Below the pieces are notes generated by a model that saw nothing but the letters and a program-made list of their open reading frames with translations, was not told the DNA's origin and ran no database searches. 64,000 nt of DNA from Myxococcota bacterium (GTDB lineage Bacteria > Myxococcota_A > SURF-8), in the NCBI GenBank assembly GCA_965140415.1, contig OZ223209.1:3136001-3200000 (forward strand), in the 5' to 3' direction. Of the stretch, positions 18,734-29,083 are shown one piece after another. Positions within the stretch are counted from its first letter, which is position 1; every line of letters begins with the position of its first letter. Position numbers and translations under genes: made by a program.

Positions 18734-19465
18734 ATGAACGTGATTAAGAAGACAACGACATTGACTCTATTTGCCATTCTAATGCTGTTCGCAATTTCTG
18801 CCTGGGCGGATACCGTAATGGAACAAAAAGAAACGGTCTATGTGGATGGTCAGGAAAAAGCAAACATGAAAACCGTTATGACCTACGGTGAAGGCTACAT
18901 GCGCTCGGATACTCCGAAAATGAACGCTTCGATGATCATGAATTTCAAAGCGGATAAGGTTTATATGATCCAGCATGCCAACAAGGGTTACATCGAAGCT
19001 CCGATTTCCATGCTCATGGGCATGGCCGACTCGAAAGAGAAATCGGCTCCTAAAGCAGCTGCTACCCCTGCCTTTAAAAAAACGGGGAAGAAAGAAAAAA
19101 TCAACGGTTTTGCCTGCGAGCAGTTATTGGTCACCTCTTCCGATGGCGCGTCAATGGAAGTATGGGTTACCAAAGCGATCAACAACAAAAAGATCACGGA
19201 AGTTTACAAGAAACTGATGAAATTTGGTGCAACTCAGAATCCGCAGGCATCGGAACGCAGCAAAAGCATGGAAGAAGTTCTAAACAGTGGATTTCCGATC
19301 CGCACGGTTGAAACGCGCGGCAACCAGAAGCACATCATGGAAGTGACCGCCGTTAAAGAGAAAAAGAGCAATCCTGCAACCGCTCTGCCTCCCAAAGGCT
19401 ATTCTCCCATGTCGCCCCAGCAGATGTTCCAGGCTCCGGGTGGTGCAGCTCCGGTCGCGCCATAA
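18734..19465 (+). CDS. Secreted DUF4412-like protein
   Basis: Signal peptide (AWA|D); KKTGKKEKINGFACEQ...EVWVT...GFPIRT pattern. Confidence 0.7.
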   Translation: MNVIKKTTTLTLFAILMLFAISAWADTVMEQKETVYVDGQEKANMKTVMTYGEGYMRSDTPKMNASMIMNFKADKVYMIQHANKGYIEAPISMLMGMADSKEKSAPKAAATPAFKKTGKKEKINGFACEQLLVTSSDGASMEVWVTKAINNKKITEVYKKLMKFGATQNPQASERSKSMEEVLNSGFPIRTVETRGNQKHIMEVTAVKEKKSNPATALPPKGYSPMSPQQMFQAPGGAAPVAP

Positions 19466-19489
19466 ATAAGTTTTTATCGAATCGAAAAG

Positions 19490-19521
19490 AAAAACGCCGG
19501 AGGAAACTTCCGGCGTTTTTT
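19490..19521. terminator. Bidirectional Rho-independent terminator
   Basis: AAAAACGCCGGAG-gaaa-CTTCCGGCGTTTTTT between convergent genes. Confidence 0.85.
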
Positions 19522-19568
19522 CAATTTATGGTGAATCTTGCAACGATTAAGAAACAAGAAATTTCGAA

Positions 19569-20102
19569 CTACGTTTCAAAAGAAACGCCTAAAGCCAGTA
19601 CAACGCGTGAATGGGAATCCGCCGTTCCGGCTGTAACGGCAATTTCCAGAATGATCTCATCGGAGAAACCTGAAGCATGCAGATCTTTTACATCTTTGTC
19701 CGAGATGGCAAACGGCGAGCGAACGATCTTCTCGACAAAGCACAGGATCTCTTTTTGCTCGTCACTGATCGGCGCCCGATGGAAGTCATCGGAGATCGCC
19801 GTGATTACGTCACTCTCCACCCCTAGCTGTCTAAGAATCAAACTCTGCCAGGCATAGCAGTAGTGGCAATGATTTAATCGATACACAAGCAGCGCGATAA
19901 GATTTTTCATCTTAGGATCCAGTGCAGACTCCCGCTCGAATGCAAGCGTGTGCACTTTATCCATTGCCTCTAAATATTCTGGCCATAATGCATAAGTACG
20001 ATGAGCGTTGGGAATCAGACCGAACTTCTTTTTCAGTCTCTCAAACAACCCTTTTATACCTGCATGCTCCAGATCCGTCGATGCAGTACGAATTCTTGAC
20101 AT
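19569..20102 (-). CDS. AhpD / carboxymuconolactone decarboxylase family peroxidase-related protein
   Basis: FGLIPN, LDPKMKNLIALLV..LNHCHYC, GFSDEIILEI; start moved to ATG 20102 behind GGGGA. Confidence 0.8.
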   Translation of the reverse strand: MSRIRTASTDLEHAGIKGLFERLKKKFGLIPNAHRTYALWPEYLEAMDKVHTLAFERESALDPKMKNLIALLVYRLNHCHYCYAWQSLILRQLGVESDVITAISDDFHRAPISDEQKEILCFVEKIVRSPFAISDKDVKDLHASGFSDEIILEIAVTAGTADSHSRVVLALGVSFET

Positions 20103-20399
20103 GGTCCCCACGAATTTTCTCGGAACATCCACAGCTTGGTTCGTACAGATTCACCCCTGAACCATTACATTTTGCCTTGTCAAGCTATGGTGCCGAAAGT
20201 TTACAGCCCTGTAGAAAAATCTATCGAATTTCAGAAAAAAGATCAAGTTTTTAGACAACGGATTCCAGTTCATTGCGAAAAATTAATTGTTATCTAATAG
20301 GACGTTGGCTTAACAGTTCATTGTGTATCCATTAGCATTCAGTGCTCTAAATTACAAAAGCAGTATCACTCGCTATTACAATTTGATGGCATTCTCAAC

Positions 20400-20428
20400 T
20401 TGACAGTTCCTTGTGAATCATGTAGGTA
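20400..20428 (+). promoter_or_regulatory. Sigma70-like promoter for pyrE
   Basis: TTGACA-N17-TAGGTA. Confidence 0.4.
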
Positions 20429-20489
20429 TTCGTCTGCTTTTGCTAGAGTTTGTAAAATAGTAAAATATCAGCCTCGGGAGACAGGCAAC

Positions 20490-21080
20490 ATGACGATTAC
20501 GAAGCATCCTGTTGAGTTATGGACCAATCCGGATCACAAGGAACGTTTGCTTTCGATTCTAAAGAAGAAATCCTATGTTGAAGGAGAAGTCACACTCGCT
20601 TCCGGGAAAGTAAGTGATTTTTACATCGACTGCCGTCAGAGTTCGTTGGACGCGGAAGGCGCATTCCTTCTTGGACAGATCTTTTATAGTTGGATCGAGC
20701 ACCTCACCTATCAGCCGGATGCAATCGGTGGTATGACGATGGGAGCCGATCCTCTGGTAACGGCCACTTCCGTCAACAGTTTCCTTCAGTCCAATCCCAT
20801 TCCAGGACTTCTGATTCGCAAACAGGCGAAAGATCACGGCATGAACAAGCAGATCGAAGGCATGGGCTGCATCGAACCGGGATCGCGCGTTATTCTGCTT
20901 GAAGATGTCGTTACGACCGGTGGTTCTACCTTGAAAGCAATCAATGCATGCAAGAACGAGAATCTCGTTGTTGAAGATGTCTTCTGTATTGTCGACCGCC
21001 AGGAAGGCGGATGCGAGAACATCAACTCCGAAGGAATCAACCTGACGTCGATCTTCACTCGCAAAGACTTCAAGGGCTGA
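20490..21080 (+). CDS. pyrE: Orotate phosphoribosyltransferase
   Basis: LASGKVSDFYIDCR, IRKQAKDHG, PRPP-binding LLEDVVTTGGS; ATG 20490 behind GGGAG. Confidence 0.95.
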   Translation: MTITKHPVELWTNPDHKERLLSILKKKSYVEGEVTLASGKVSDFYIDCRQSSLDAEGAFLLGQIFYSWIEHLTYQPDAIGGMTMGADPLVTATSVNSFLQSNPIPGLLIRKQAKDHGMNKQIEGMGCIEPGSRVILLEDVVTTGGSTLKAINACKNENLVVEDVFCIVDRQEGGCENINSEGINLTSIFTRKDFKG

Positions 21081-21099
21081 GCTAAAAAGCCCAGCCCTT
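21073..21099. terminator. Hairpin between convergent pyrE and hslU, possible terminator
   Basis: AAGGGCTG...CAGCCCTT inverted repeat. Confidence 0.45.
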
Positions 21100-21126
21100 G
21101 ATATCGCTTCTGCTGTTTTGATTTAT

Positions 21127-22551
21127 TTACAGGATATAGCGGCTCAGATCTTCATTCTCCAACACATCACGCAGGCGATCATCGACATATTGTGGGGTGA
21201 TTCGAATCGTAGCCGGGGACACATCCGGTGCTTCGAACAAGACTTCATCCAGTAAGCGCTCCAGAACGGTATGCAGGCGTCTGGCGCCGATGTTCTCTGC
21301 TGTCTGGTTTACCTGCGCTGCGATTTCTGCGATACGCTCGATTGCATCTTCGGAGAATTCAACAGCGATTCCTTCCGTTGCAAGCAATTCCTTGTATTGC
21401 AGTGTCAATGAATTGTCCGGTTCGGTCAGGATGCGGACGAAGTCTCCCTTGGTCAGCGTGTCCAGTTCAACGCGAATCGGAAAACGTCCCTGCAATTCGG
21501 GAATTAGATCCGAAGGCTTGCTGATGTGGAACGCTCCGGCTGCGATAAAGAGAATATGATCCGTCTTGATCGGACCGTACTTGGTCGCAACCGTGCTGCC
21601 TTCCACGATTGGCAGAATGTCCCGCTGGACGCCTTCACGTGATACATCCGGGCCTTTGCCGCCTTCACGTCCGGCGATTTTGTCCAGTTCGTCCAAAAAG
21701 ATGATGCCATCGTTTTCCGTGCGCGAAAGTGCCTCTTTCTGAACTTTGTCCATGTCGATCAGCTTCACGGCTTCCTGCTGCGTCAACAACTCCAAGGCTT
21801 CTGAAACCTTCATCTTTCGCTTGTGCTTTTTGGAGGGCATGATGTTGCTCAACATGTCTTTCATATGCATGCTGATCTCTTCCATCCCACCCGCTCCGAA
21901 AATCTCGAAAGACGGCATCGAGTTGTGCTCGGTTTCCAGTTCAACCTTGCGATTGTCCAGTTCACCCGCTTTCAGTTTACTGCGGAATTTCTCTCGTGTG
22001 CGTTTGGTTGTTTCTGCCGTATCTTCTTGCGTGGCGGCAACGGTGGCCGACTCTTCTTCAAAGCTGCCAGTAAAATCGAATACTTTATTGGGTTGTACCG
22101 GTTGCGGTGGTGGCGGAGGAACGAGCAGGTCCAGCAATCGTTCTTCTGCATTTCTGTGCGCCTTGTCCAGCACACCGGCCTCTTCTTCTTTACGAACCAG
22201 TTGCACTGCCGACTCCACCAGGTCGCGAACCATCGAATCGACGTCGCGCCCGACATAGCCTACTTCCGTAAATTTCGAGGCTTCCACCTTGATGAACGGT
22301 GCCTGAGCCAGCTTGGCCAAACGCCTGGCAATTTCGGTTTTTCCAACTCCGGTAGAACCGATCATAATGATATTCTTTGGAAAAATATCATCCTGTAACG
22401 GCTGTGCAACCTGACGCCGTCGCCAGCGATTGCGCAAAGCGATGGCAACGGCGCGCTTGGCTTTGGATTGACCGATAATGTATTTATCCAGTTCCGCCAC
22501 GATTTCACGCGGGGTCTGCGAATGCGAAGTGTTGGGTATGGCGGGAATCAT
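21127..22551 (-). CDS. hslU: ATP-dependent protease ATPase subunit HslU
   Basis: [66 protein letters not shown]. Confidence 0.98.
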   Translation of the reverse strand: MIPAIPNTSHSQTPREIVAELDKYIIGQSKAKRAVAIALRNRWRRRQVAQPLQDDIFPKNIIMIGSTGVGKTEIARRLAKLAQAPFIKVEASKFTEVGYVGRDVDSMVRDLVESAVQLVRKEEEAGVLDKAHRNAEERLLDLLVPPPPPQPVQPNKVFDFTGSFEEESATVAATQEDTAETTKRTREKFRSKLKAGELDNRKVELETEHNSMPSFEIFGAGGMEEISMHMKDMLSNIMPSKKHKRKMKVSEALELLTQQEAVKLIDMDKVQKEALSRTENDGIIFLDELDKIAGREGGKGPDVSREGVQRDILPIVEGSTVATKYGPIKTDHILFIAAGAFHISKPSDLIPELQGRFPIRVELDTLTKGDFVRILTEPDNSLTLQYKELLATEGIAVEFSEDAIERIAEIAAQVNQTAENIGARRLHTVLERLLDEVLFEAPDVSPATIRITPQYVDDRLRDVLENEDLSRYIL

Positions 22552-23081
22552 TCTTCAATCTCCTCGAAATGAATGTTCGAATTGGTGAATACGCAGATCG
22601 TCGATGCGATTTTCAAGGCCTTTTCGGCAATTTCCCGGGGATCCAGATCGGTATTCTGAGCGAGCGCCAATGCCGCCGCATAGGCATAGTTGCCTCCCGA
22701 ACCGATTGCGCTGACGCCTTCATCCGGTTCAACCACATCGCCGGTGCCGGTAAGCAGGAAGGTTTTCTCCTTGTTGGCGATCAGCAATAAAGCTTCCAGT
22801 CTACGCAGGTATTTATCCATGCGCCAGTCCTTGGCCAGTTCCACCGCTGCGCGTGTGATGTTGCTGTTGTATTCTTTCAGTTTCTTCTCGAAGCGTTCGT
22901 AAAGTGTAAACGCATCCGCCGTGCTGCCGGCGAATCCGGCAATGACACCGTGTTCCCCAATCGTACGAACTTTGACAGCGCCGTGTTTCAATACGGTGTT
23001 TCCCATACTGACCTGACCGTCCCCGGCCATTACGACTTTTCCGCCTTTTCGAACGCAGAGTATGGTCGTTCCGTCAAACAT
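22548..23081 (-). CDS. hslV: ATP-dependent protease subunit HslV
   Basis: [34 protein letters not shown]. Confidence 0.98.
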   Translation of the reverse strand: MFDGTTILCVRKGGKVVMAGDGQVSMGNTVLKHGAVKVRTIGEHGVIAGFAGSTADAFTLYERFEKKLKEYNSNITRAAVELAKDWRMDKYLRRLEALLLIANKEKTFLLTGTGDVVEPDEGVSAIGSGGNYAYAAALALAQNTDLDPREIAEKALKIASTICVFTNSNIHFEEIEE

Positions 23082-23134
23082 TACAATCCTATCCTTTCCT
23101 TTGTTTCGCCTAAAAGGCGAAAAATCGCCCTCCC

Positions 23135-24043
23135 CTACACGTCTTTTGCACGGGGGTGGGCACGGTCATAAACCTGCATCAAATGATCGAGACTGACATG
23201 AGTGTATTTCTGGGTAGTTCGCAACGATTGATGTCCCAGCAATTCCTGAATCGTGCGCAAGTCCGCACCGCCGTCCAACAGATGCGTAGCAAAAGTATGG
23301 CGCAATACATGCGGACCGATTTTCCTTCCATGTCCCAATCTCAGCATCGTCTGATCGATCATGTGCGCCACTCCACGCCGGGTCAATCGCCCTCCACGAT
23401 AGTTTAGAAACAATGCCTCCGGGCAAGCCCAGCGCGGATGATCTTTTAAAAGTTTGCTTCGTAATGGAAGATATCCGAGTAAGGTTTTCATTGCGGTTTC
23501 CGAAATGGGCACCACGCGCTGCTTGTTTCCTTTACCTTGTACGCGAACCTCTTGCCGTTCTGTGGAAATATCCTGCAAATTCATACCTACCAACTCGGAT
23601 ACACGCAAACCGCACGCATACAGCAATTCCCAGATCGCCCGGTCCCGTAAGCCCAGTTTTTCCTCGTTGAATGCGCCATCCAATAACGTAAAGATTTCGT
23701 CCACCGTAAAAACCGTGGGCATATGGCGTTCTTTTTTCGGCAGTTCGATCTGCTCGGCAGGATTGGCCTCGATTCGTTTTTCCTGCACCAGAAAGCGATA
23801 AAAACTGCGAATGGCGGAAACCTTGCGCTCCAGGCTGGCGGGTTGAATCGCGTCGTAAATTTCCGCCAGGAAATTTCGCAACAGGCTGACATCCGCCCTG
23901 ATGAGATCGGCGCTTTTCCCTTCGACATCGAACAGGTAGTTAGTTAACTGTGTTAAATCGGAGCGGTACGCATCGATGGTATGACCGCTGACACCTCGTT
24001 CAACTTGCAGGTATTGTAGAAAGCGGTCGATGGAATCACTCAT
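23135..24043 (-). CDS. xerC: Tyrosine recombinase XerC
   Basis: [63 protein letters not shown]; synteny with hslVU. Confidence 0.92.
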   Translation of the reverse strand: MSDSIDRFLQYLQVERGVSGHTIDAYRSDLTQLTNYLFDVEGKSADLIRADVSLLRNFLAEIYDAIQPASLERKVSAIRSFYRFLVQEKRIEANPAEQIELPKKERHMPTVFTVDEIFTLLDGAFNEEKLGLRDRAIWELLYACGLRVSELVGMNLQDISTERQEVRVQGKGNKQRVVPISETAMKTLLGYLPLRSKLLKDHPRWACPEALFLNYRGGRLTRRGVAHMIDQTMLRLGHGRKIGPHVLRHTFATHLLDGGADLRTIQELLGHQSLRTTQKYTHVSLDHLMQVYDRAHPRAKDV

Positions 24044-25140
24044 GAAGTTCCTCCAGCGATCCAGCCGCCTCCCAGTACTTCATCACCATCGTAAAAAACT
24101 GCCGCCTGTCCCGGCGTAATTGCAGATTGCGGCTCATCGAAGATCACTTTCGCGCGACCACCGGGACGGATCGTCTCATCGTCGATGCTCATCAGCTTAG
24201 CTGGCGCGCCAGCATGTCGGGATCGGATCTGGCACACGATCTTTCTTTCCGGCTGTAAAGTCGAATGATCCACAAGGCTTAGGCCATCCAGCACGAGTTC
24301 CGACTGGTAGGTTTCCTCTTCGGAACCCACAATAACCCGGTTCTGTTCAGGATCGATGCCGATCACATACAAGCGTTCTGCGGCGGCAACACCCAGACCT
24401 CTTCGCTGACCGATGGTATAGCGATAAAAGCCGTTATGTTTTCCAAGTACCTTTCCGGAAAGATCCACAATGTCACCCGTGTTTACATCTTTAAGCCTGG
24501 GATCGGTTTGAACGAGATCGGCGTAGGAGCCATTCGCCACGAAACACACATCCTGGCTTTCTCTTTTATTTTCAGTACGTAAGCCGAATTGCCCTGCCAA
24601 TTCGCGCGTCTGTTCTTTGCTCAGTTCTCCCAACGGAAACCGAACCATTTCCAGCGCAGGTCTTTTCAGTCCAAAAAGAAAGTAAGACTGGTCTTTGCCT
24701 CTGTCAACACCCCGAAGCAGAAGAAACTTGTTATTCTTCTCCACAATACGTGCGTAATGCCCGGTGGCAAGCACGTCAGCGTCCAGAATTTTCGCCTGTT
24801 TGTAGAGTTTGTCGAATTTTAACAGGTCGTTACAAAGTACGCAGGGATTGGGCGTGCGTCCATGCACATACGCATCGATAAAAGGATTCACTACCAGATT
24901 TTTGAAATCTTCCCGATAATTCATCGGGTAAAAAGGAATTCCCAGTTGTTCGCAGACGCGCCGGGCATCGTTGACATCTTTTGGCGAGCAGCAGCTTTTC
25001 GCCGTGGCAGACGCGCAGGGATCACGGTCGTAATCCCACACATTCATCGTAATTCCAATAACTTCATATCCCTGTTGCTGTAACAGAGCGGCGGCGACCG
25101 AACTATCGACTCCACCACTCATGGCGACTACGGCTCGCAT
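24040..25140 (-). CDS. mnmA: tRNA-specific 2-thiouridylase MnmA
   Basis: AMSGGVDSS, TPNPCVLCN, ATGHYA, KDQSYFL, ESQDVCF, TIGQRRG, TPGQAAVFY. Confidence 0.98.
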   Translation of the reverse strand: MRAVVAMSGGVDSSVAAALLQQQGYEVIGITMNVWDYDRDPCASATAKSCCSPKDVNDARRVCEQLGIPFYPMNYREDFKNLVVNPFIDAYVHGRTPNPCVLCNDLLKFDKLYKQAKILDADVLATGHYARIVEKNNKFLLLRGVDRGKDQSYFLFGLKRPALEMVRFPLGELSKEQTRELAGQFGLRTENKRESQDVCFVANGSYADLVQTDPRLKDVNTGDIVDLSGKVLGKHNGFYRYTIGQRRGLGVAAAERLYVIGIDPEQNRVIVGSEEETYQSELVLDGLSLVDHSTLQPERKIVCQIRSRHAGAPAKLMSIDDETIRPGGRAKVIFDEPQSAITPGQAAVFYDGDEVLGGGWIAGGTS

Positions 25141-25180
25141 GTTTTCCTCATTTCCATACGTCTCATTTCATACCGGCCTC

Positions 25181-25209
25181 ATTATGTAGATGAGCAATCG
25201 GGCTGTCAA
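25181..25209 (-). promoter_or_regulatory. Sigma70 promoter for the mnmA-xerC-hslVU operon
   Basis: TTGACA-N17-CATAAT on the minus strand. Confidence 0.65.
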
Positions 25210-25325
25210 GTTCACGAGTTCTCATATTCGGAATGAGTTGATGAGACGAAAACGGTGATGATCCTGTTTTAGTTTGTTTTTGTTGTGTATGCAGAAGAGG
25301 CGTAGGCGCTGTAAAAATCACCATG

Positions 25326-25354
25326 AAAAAACGGCGGGCAAATGCTCCGCCGTT
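25326..25354 (-). terminator. Rho-independent terminator after the 25383 gene
   Basis: AACGGCGG...CCGCCGTT stem followed by a U-tract on the minus strand. Confidence 0.7.
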
Positions 25355-25382
25355 GCAGGAATCAGAAGCCAGAAAGTTTTCC

Positions 25383-27386
25383 CTACGGGCAGTTGAATTC
25401 CAACGTCACGCAATTCAGCAGACCGGAGTTGCCCTCTACGCCATCGGCAACGATCAGTGTCCACAAGCCTTCCCGATCCAGTTCCGCCCAATCCGAAATC
25501 GCGTAAATACCACGTAATTGGCTCGTATCCCCGGCGCTTCTAAGCTCAACGCTTTGCCCCGCTGGATTTCTCAAGCTGACGGTCAACTCTTCGGGAGCAT
25601 CGTGCTCGGCATCGATAGACAGACATAGTCCGCCCGCCGCTCCCGAATCCGTTACGGCGATTCCGGTCTCCGTTGCATCGTTATCGGCCAGCAGAACCGG
25701 TTGTGCCGGTGCGTCACAGCTTGCACAGCGTCCTCGCATACAGAACAAGCCCGGCATACAGCGTTCATCGCCACTTAAGCTGCAAGGCTCGTTTTGCTGT
25801 AAATCGCATTGCCCGATGGAACTTGAATCGGTCAGCAAAGTATGGCATTGAGTCGCAGCCGGGCAGGAGACGCGCTGCAATTGATCGTCTACGCAGGCCT
25901 GGCGCTGTTGATTGATGCAGATCTGACCGATATCCTGATTTGGTGCGCCGCCACAACCCTCAAGATGCTGGGCAGGTTGGCAATTCGGACGCACATTCCA
26001 GCACTCCAGCCATCCGGCAGGCGCATCGCTCATCTGCGCAACATCCAGTGTCCACTCGCCTTTTGCCGCTTCTCCATCGAAGTACGGCACGAAGTAAGTG
26101 AACTGGCCGACTCCCGGGGCCAGCATCGGATAGTAGTCCAATACCGCCTTGGTATTGTCAGGCGAGGTCAGGGTCAACAGCAGCGAATCCGCTTGCTCGA
26201 TACTGAAATCGAGATCCACACACAAACCGGAAATGACTTGATTCTCTTCGATTGTCAACGTGGACTGCACCTGTCCATTGGCCAATGCAAGATCCGCCGG
26301 AGTGTTGATCGCGTTGCATTCTCGCTCGCAATTAAACGAAAGATCCCAGCAATTCAAGCTACCTACACCCAATCCTTGATCGCTGCTCTTCTCGTTCTGG
26401 ATCTGCAATTCCCAGTCACCAACGGAAGTGACCTGATCGAAGTCATCTTCCACGATGAACTGCCGCTTGATATTCTGATCCAAATGCGAATTCATGCTAT
26501 AGAGATCCGTCTCGACTCCTGCATGTTTAAGCGTCAGACGCAGCTTTTCTGGATAGGCGCTGGTGATATCCACCGCAACGCAGACATGGGAAATGCTCGT
26601 ATCTTCCGTAATTGCCAGCACACTACTGACCTGCCCCGGAACCTCTCCGCTTTTCTCCGGAATCGTTAAAGGAGAAATCGTCGGGCAATCCGCCGTGGAG
26701 GCCACACAGCTTTTTTCCACCACATCGCAGGTCGTCAGTGGAGGACAGGCCACGATTTTATCCGGGCAGCAGTTAGGATCATCTGCCCAGTACGATAGCG
26801 CGCCCTCACCTTCACAGGCGGCAAAGACATAGCCGCAGCTTTGCGGTTCACACTGCTTGCTCACGACATCGCAGCTATTGCACTGCTGGCATTGTTGCCA
26901 TTCTCTCCAGGTGTTTTCCACACAACGCAACACGGTGGATCGATCTTCCGAACAGCTACGCTCACCCGAAAGGCACTCTACGATTTCTGCGTCTGCATCG
27001 TTTTCCTGGCTCTCGGTAATCTCTGCATCAACTTCTTCCTCCTGATCGAGATCGCCATCCGGGGACCAGTCGGTTTCCGAATCCATGTCGGAATCGTTTT
27101 CGGAAGCTTCGTCATCACGATCGCCATCCAGAGCGAGATCGCCATCGATGATCACGCCGTCTGCATCCGGTTCGGTTTCTTGCGTGTCCGGGTCGGGATC
27201 TGGATCGGAATCGATATCGCCATCCGTTGAATCCAGGTCTGTATCCGTTTCCGCTTCGTCAAGTTCACCTTCAATCTCATTGCTGTCCAGATCACCACCA
27301 GCCGGTTCAGCCGTTGAACTGGGGGAGCAGTTCCACAACAGCATCGTCAGAAGAGCAACAAGGCAAAAATCTAAATATTTCATCAC
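25383..27386 (-). CDS. Exported (lipo)protein with acidic DGD linker, Cys-rich modules and three proprotein-convertase P-domain-like repeats
   Basis: Signal ending LLWNC; DGD-rich linker; three repeats of V..DI......L.LTL..P.G...GxWxL...G.LxCW. Confidence 0.75.
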   Translation of the reverse strand: MMKYLDFCLVALLTMLLWNCSPSSTAEPAGGDLDSNEIEGELDEAETDTDLDSTDGDIDSDPDPDPDTQETEPDADGVIIDGDLALDGDRDDEASENDSDMDSETDWSPDGDLDQEEEVDAEITESQENDADAEIVECLSGERSCSEDRSTVLRCVENTWREWQQCQQCNSCDVVSKQCEPQSCGYVFAACEGEGALSYWADDPNCCPDKIVACPPLTTCDVVEKSCVASTADCPTISPLTIPEKSGEVPGQVSSVLAITEDTSISHVCVAVDITSAYPEKLRLTLKHAGVETDLYSMNSHLDQNIKRQFIVEDDFDQVTSVGDWELQIQNEKSSDQGLGVGSLNCWDLSFNCERECNAINTPADLALANGQVQSTLTIEENQVISGLCVDLDFSIEQADSLLLTLTSPDNTKAVLDYYPMLAPGVGQFTYFVPYFDGEAAKGEWTLDVAQMSDAPAGWLECWNVRPNCQPAQHLEGCGGAPNQDIGQICINQQRQACVDDQLQRVSCPAATQCHTLLTDSSSIGQCDLQQNEPCSLSGDERCMPGLFCMRGRCASCDAPAQPVLLADNDATETGIAVTDSGAAGGLCLSIDAEHDAPEELTVSLRNPAGQSVELRSAGDTSQLRGIYAISDWAELDREGLWTLIVADGVEGNSGLLNCVTLEFNCP

Positions 27387-27574
27387 TATTCCTCGATATC
27401 GGGTATCTTTCCGGTCATTCTAATGTTCGGCATTTTTCATAAACGACTTTAACATTATATCGCGAAAACCGAAGGAATGCGACAGGGGAAGCAAGAAAGG
27501 TCGTTGAAAATGCGTGAAGGCTTGTGGAATCTTCCGATTGAGTATGGCCTATCCGATGGAACATGGCTCCTGTC

Positions 27575-28880
27575 CACAGCTGTCCCGTTAACTATTGAAT
27601 AATTCCAACTGCTTACCAAAAGGGATATTGGTAGGCAGGGAGGCGTTTGCCTTTAGCACCTGTAAAATGGGGCTTTCCTCGAAAAGCGTGACGCTTAAAA
27701 TCTGTAGAATCGTCATCAAACTGTGCTCGAGATTCAGATCCTTTTTCAGAATCGCAACCAACAGATAAACCGTAATCGAAATCCACACTTGTGTCTTTAC
27801 CGCATTGGCGCTGCGACCGTAAAACGCCTTGATTCGCAGATTCTGTTTGATCCATTTGAAAAACACTTCGATACTCCACCGCAGCCGGTACAAGTCCGGA
27901 ATCGTTTCCGAAGAAAGATCAAAGTTGTTGGTCAGCCAGACAAATCGGGTGTTCGATTCTGGATCGATGTAGTTGATTCGCCGCACATGATCCGGATAGC
28001 GTCGAATGGAAGCACGGTCCACGAAGCTCACGGTCTGATCGGCGCGCAATCCCAAGCTCTTGTCGATGGGGTGTGAATAGATTCGCTTTGTGCTGGTGTT
28101 CTTGCTGGCTCTAAGAATGAAGAAGGCTCCCGCCCGATGGATGCGATGCATGCGTCCGTAATCGACATAACCGCGATCCATGATATAAAATGCGCCCGCT
28201 TCCAAAGGCAGAATATCCAGTAAACGCTTGTCATGGCTCTTGCCGTCCGTAATGGAAATAAAGGCGGGAATCCGTCCGCGAAGGTCCATTTGCGTGTGAA
28301 GACGCAATGATCCATTGTATCGCGTGAATTTGGCCCATGGAAAAAGCGACAAACTCAAATCAATCGCTGTCGTGTCGAGCGCGTAGGTGGTGGCGTCTAG
28401 GTCGACGGCGAGCTTCTCGTCCGCATACAGCGCGCGGGCGCGCCGTATCAGGGGCTGAGCGAGATCTGCGTAAATGCGCCAGTCGCGTTTTTCATTCGCT
28501 CTGGCCAGTGTGTTGCGAGAGACTTTTCCACGCAGACCCATGTGATAAAGTTTCAGCTGAATAGCCCGCAAGGTCGCTTCAATATCGCGCAGGCTTTCGC
28601 GGTAGGCCAGCTGGGCAAATGCCATGCAAATGAATTGATCCATACAGGAAAAGGTACGAATGCGCTTGTTCCCCTGATAGCGATTGACACAACGGCGGAA
28701 ATGGCGATCCGGCAAATAGTCGAGCACTTGCGAAAAGACAGTCTGTGTCATTTTGATCTCCTGCATTTCTTGACTATTCGAAATGCAGAAAAACTATCGC
28801 GGACACCTGATAATCACAAATTCAATCTGTAATAATAAGTAGTTGTAGCGCTGAACCTGGAAGTTAGCGGGACAGCTGTG
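27575..28880 (-). mobile_element. Complete IS4-family insertion sequence (1306 bp)
   Basis: Terminal IRs CACAGCTGTCCCGTTAACT (27575-27593) and the reverse complement of 28862-28880 (18/19 match); 10-bp direct repeat GGCTCCTGTC at 27565-27574 and 28881-28890. Confidence 0.95.
27588..28766 (-). CDS. IS4 family DDE transposase (DUF4372-type N-terminus)
   Basis: FSCMDQFICMAFAQL..RESLRDIE, ALDTTAIDL, MDRGYVD, YRLRWSIEVFFKWIKQ (Y-R-E-K signature). Confidence 0.95.
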   Translation of the reverse strand: MQEIKMTQTVFSQVLDYLPDRHFRRCVNRYQGNKRIRTFSCMDQFICMAFAQLAYRESLRDIEATLRAIQLKLYHMGLRGKVSRNTLARANEKRDWRIYADLAQPLIRRARALYADEKLAVDLDATTYALDTTAIDLSLSLFPWAKFTRYNGSLRLHTQMDLRGRIPAFISITDGKSHDKRLLDILPLEAGAFYIMDRGYVDYGRMHRIHRAGAFFILRASKNTSTKRIYSHPIDKSLGLRADQTVSFVDRASIRRYPDHVRRINYIDPESNTRFVWLTNNFDLSSETIPDLYRLRWSIEVFFKWIKQNLRIKAFYGRSANAVKTQVWISITVYLLVAILKKDLNLEHSLMTILQILSVTLFEESPILQVLKANASLPTNIPFGKQLELFNS

Positions 28881-28906
28881 GGCTCCTGTCTTGTTCCGCA
28901 TGTTTT

Positions 28907-29006
28907 GGTCGGGTCTCTTGACCCGAAACCTATCCTGTTTCGAGGTATGCCGGACATATTTTGTCCGACATTTTGATGTGTCGGCCAGAAAATCTGACCG
29001 ACCTAC
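28907..29006. repeat. Cluster of three REP-like palindromes
   Basis: TCGGGTC-tctt-GACCCGA (within 28907-28926), CGGACA-tattt-TGTCCG (within 28948-28970), and 28979-29006 whose reverse complement is GTAGGTCGGTCAGATTTTCTGGCCGACA. Confidence 0.65.
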
Positions 29007-29025
29007 TTTGGGAACACTCCCCCAT

Positions 29026-29064
29026 AAAAAACGCCCCGCCTCTAAAACAAGAAACGGAGCGTTT
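29026..29064 (-). terminator. Rho-independent terminator after the metallophosphoesterase
   Basis: AAACGCTCCG...CGGGGCGTTTTTT on the minus strand. Confidence 0.6.
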
Positions 29065-29083
29065 GAATGTCGAAGAAGAATAC

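Noticed and set aside
23135-24043. Tyrosine recombinase as a prophage or island integrase
   Set aside because: XerC-type sequence in a housekeeping operon with hslVU; no att sites or phage genes nearby
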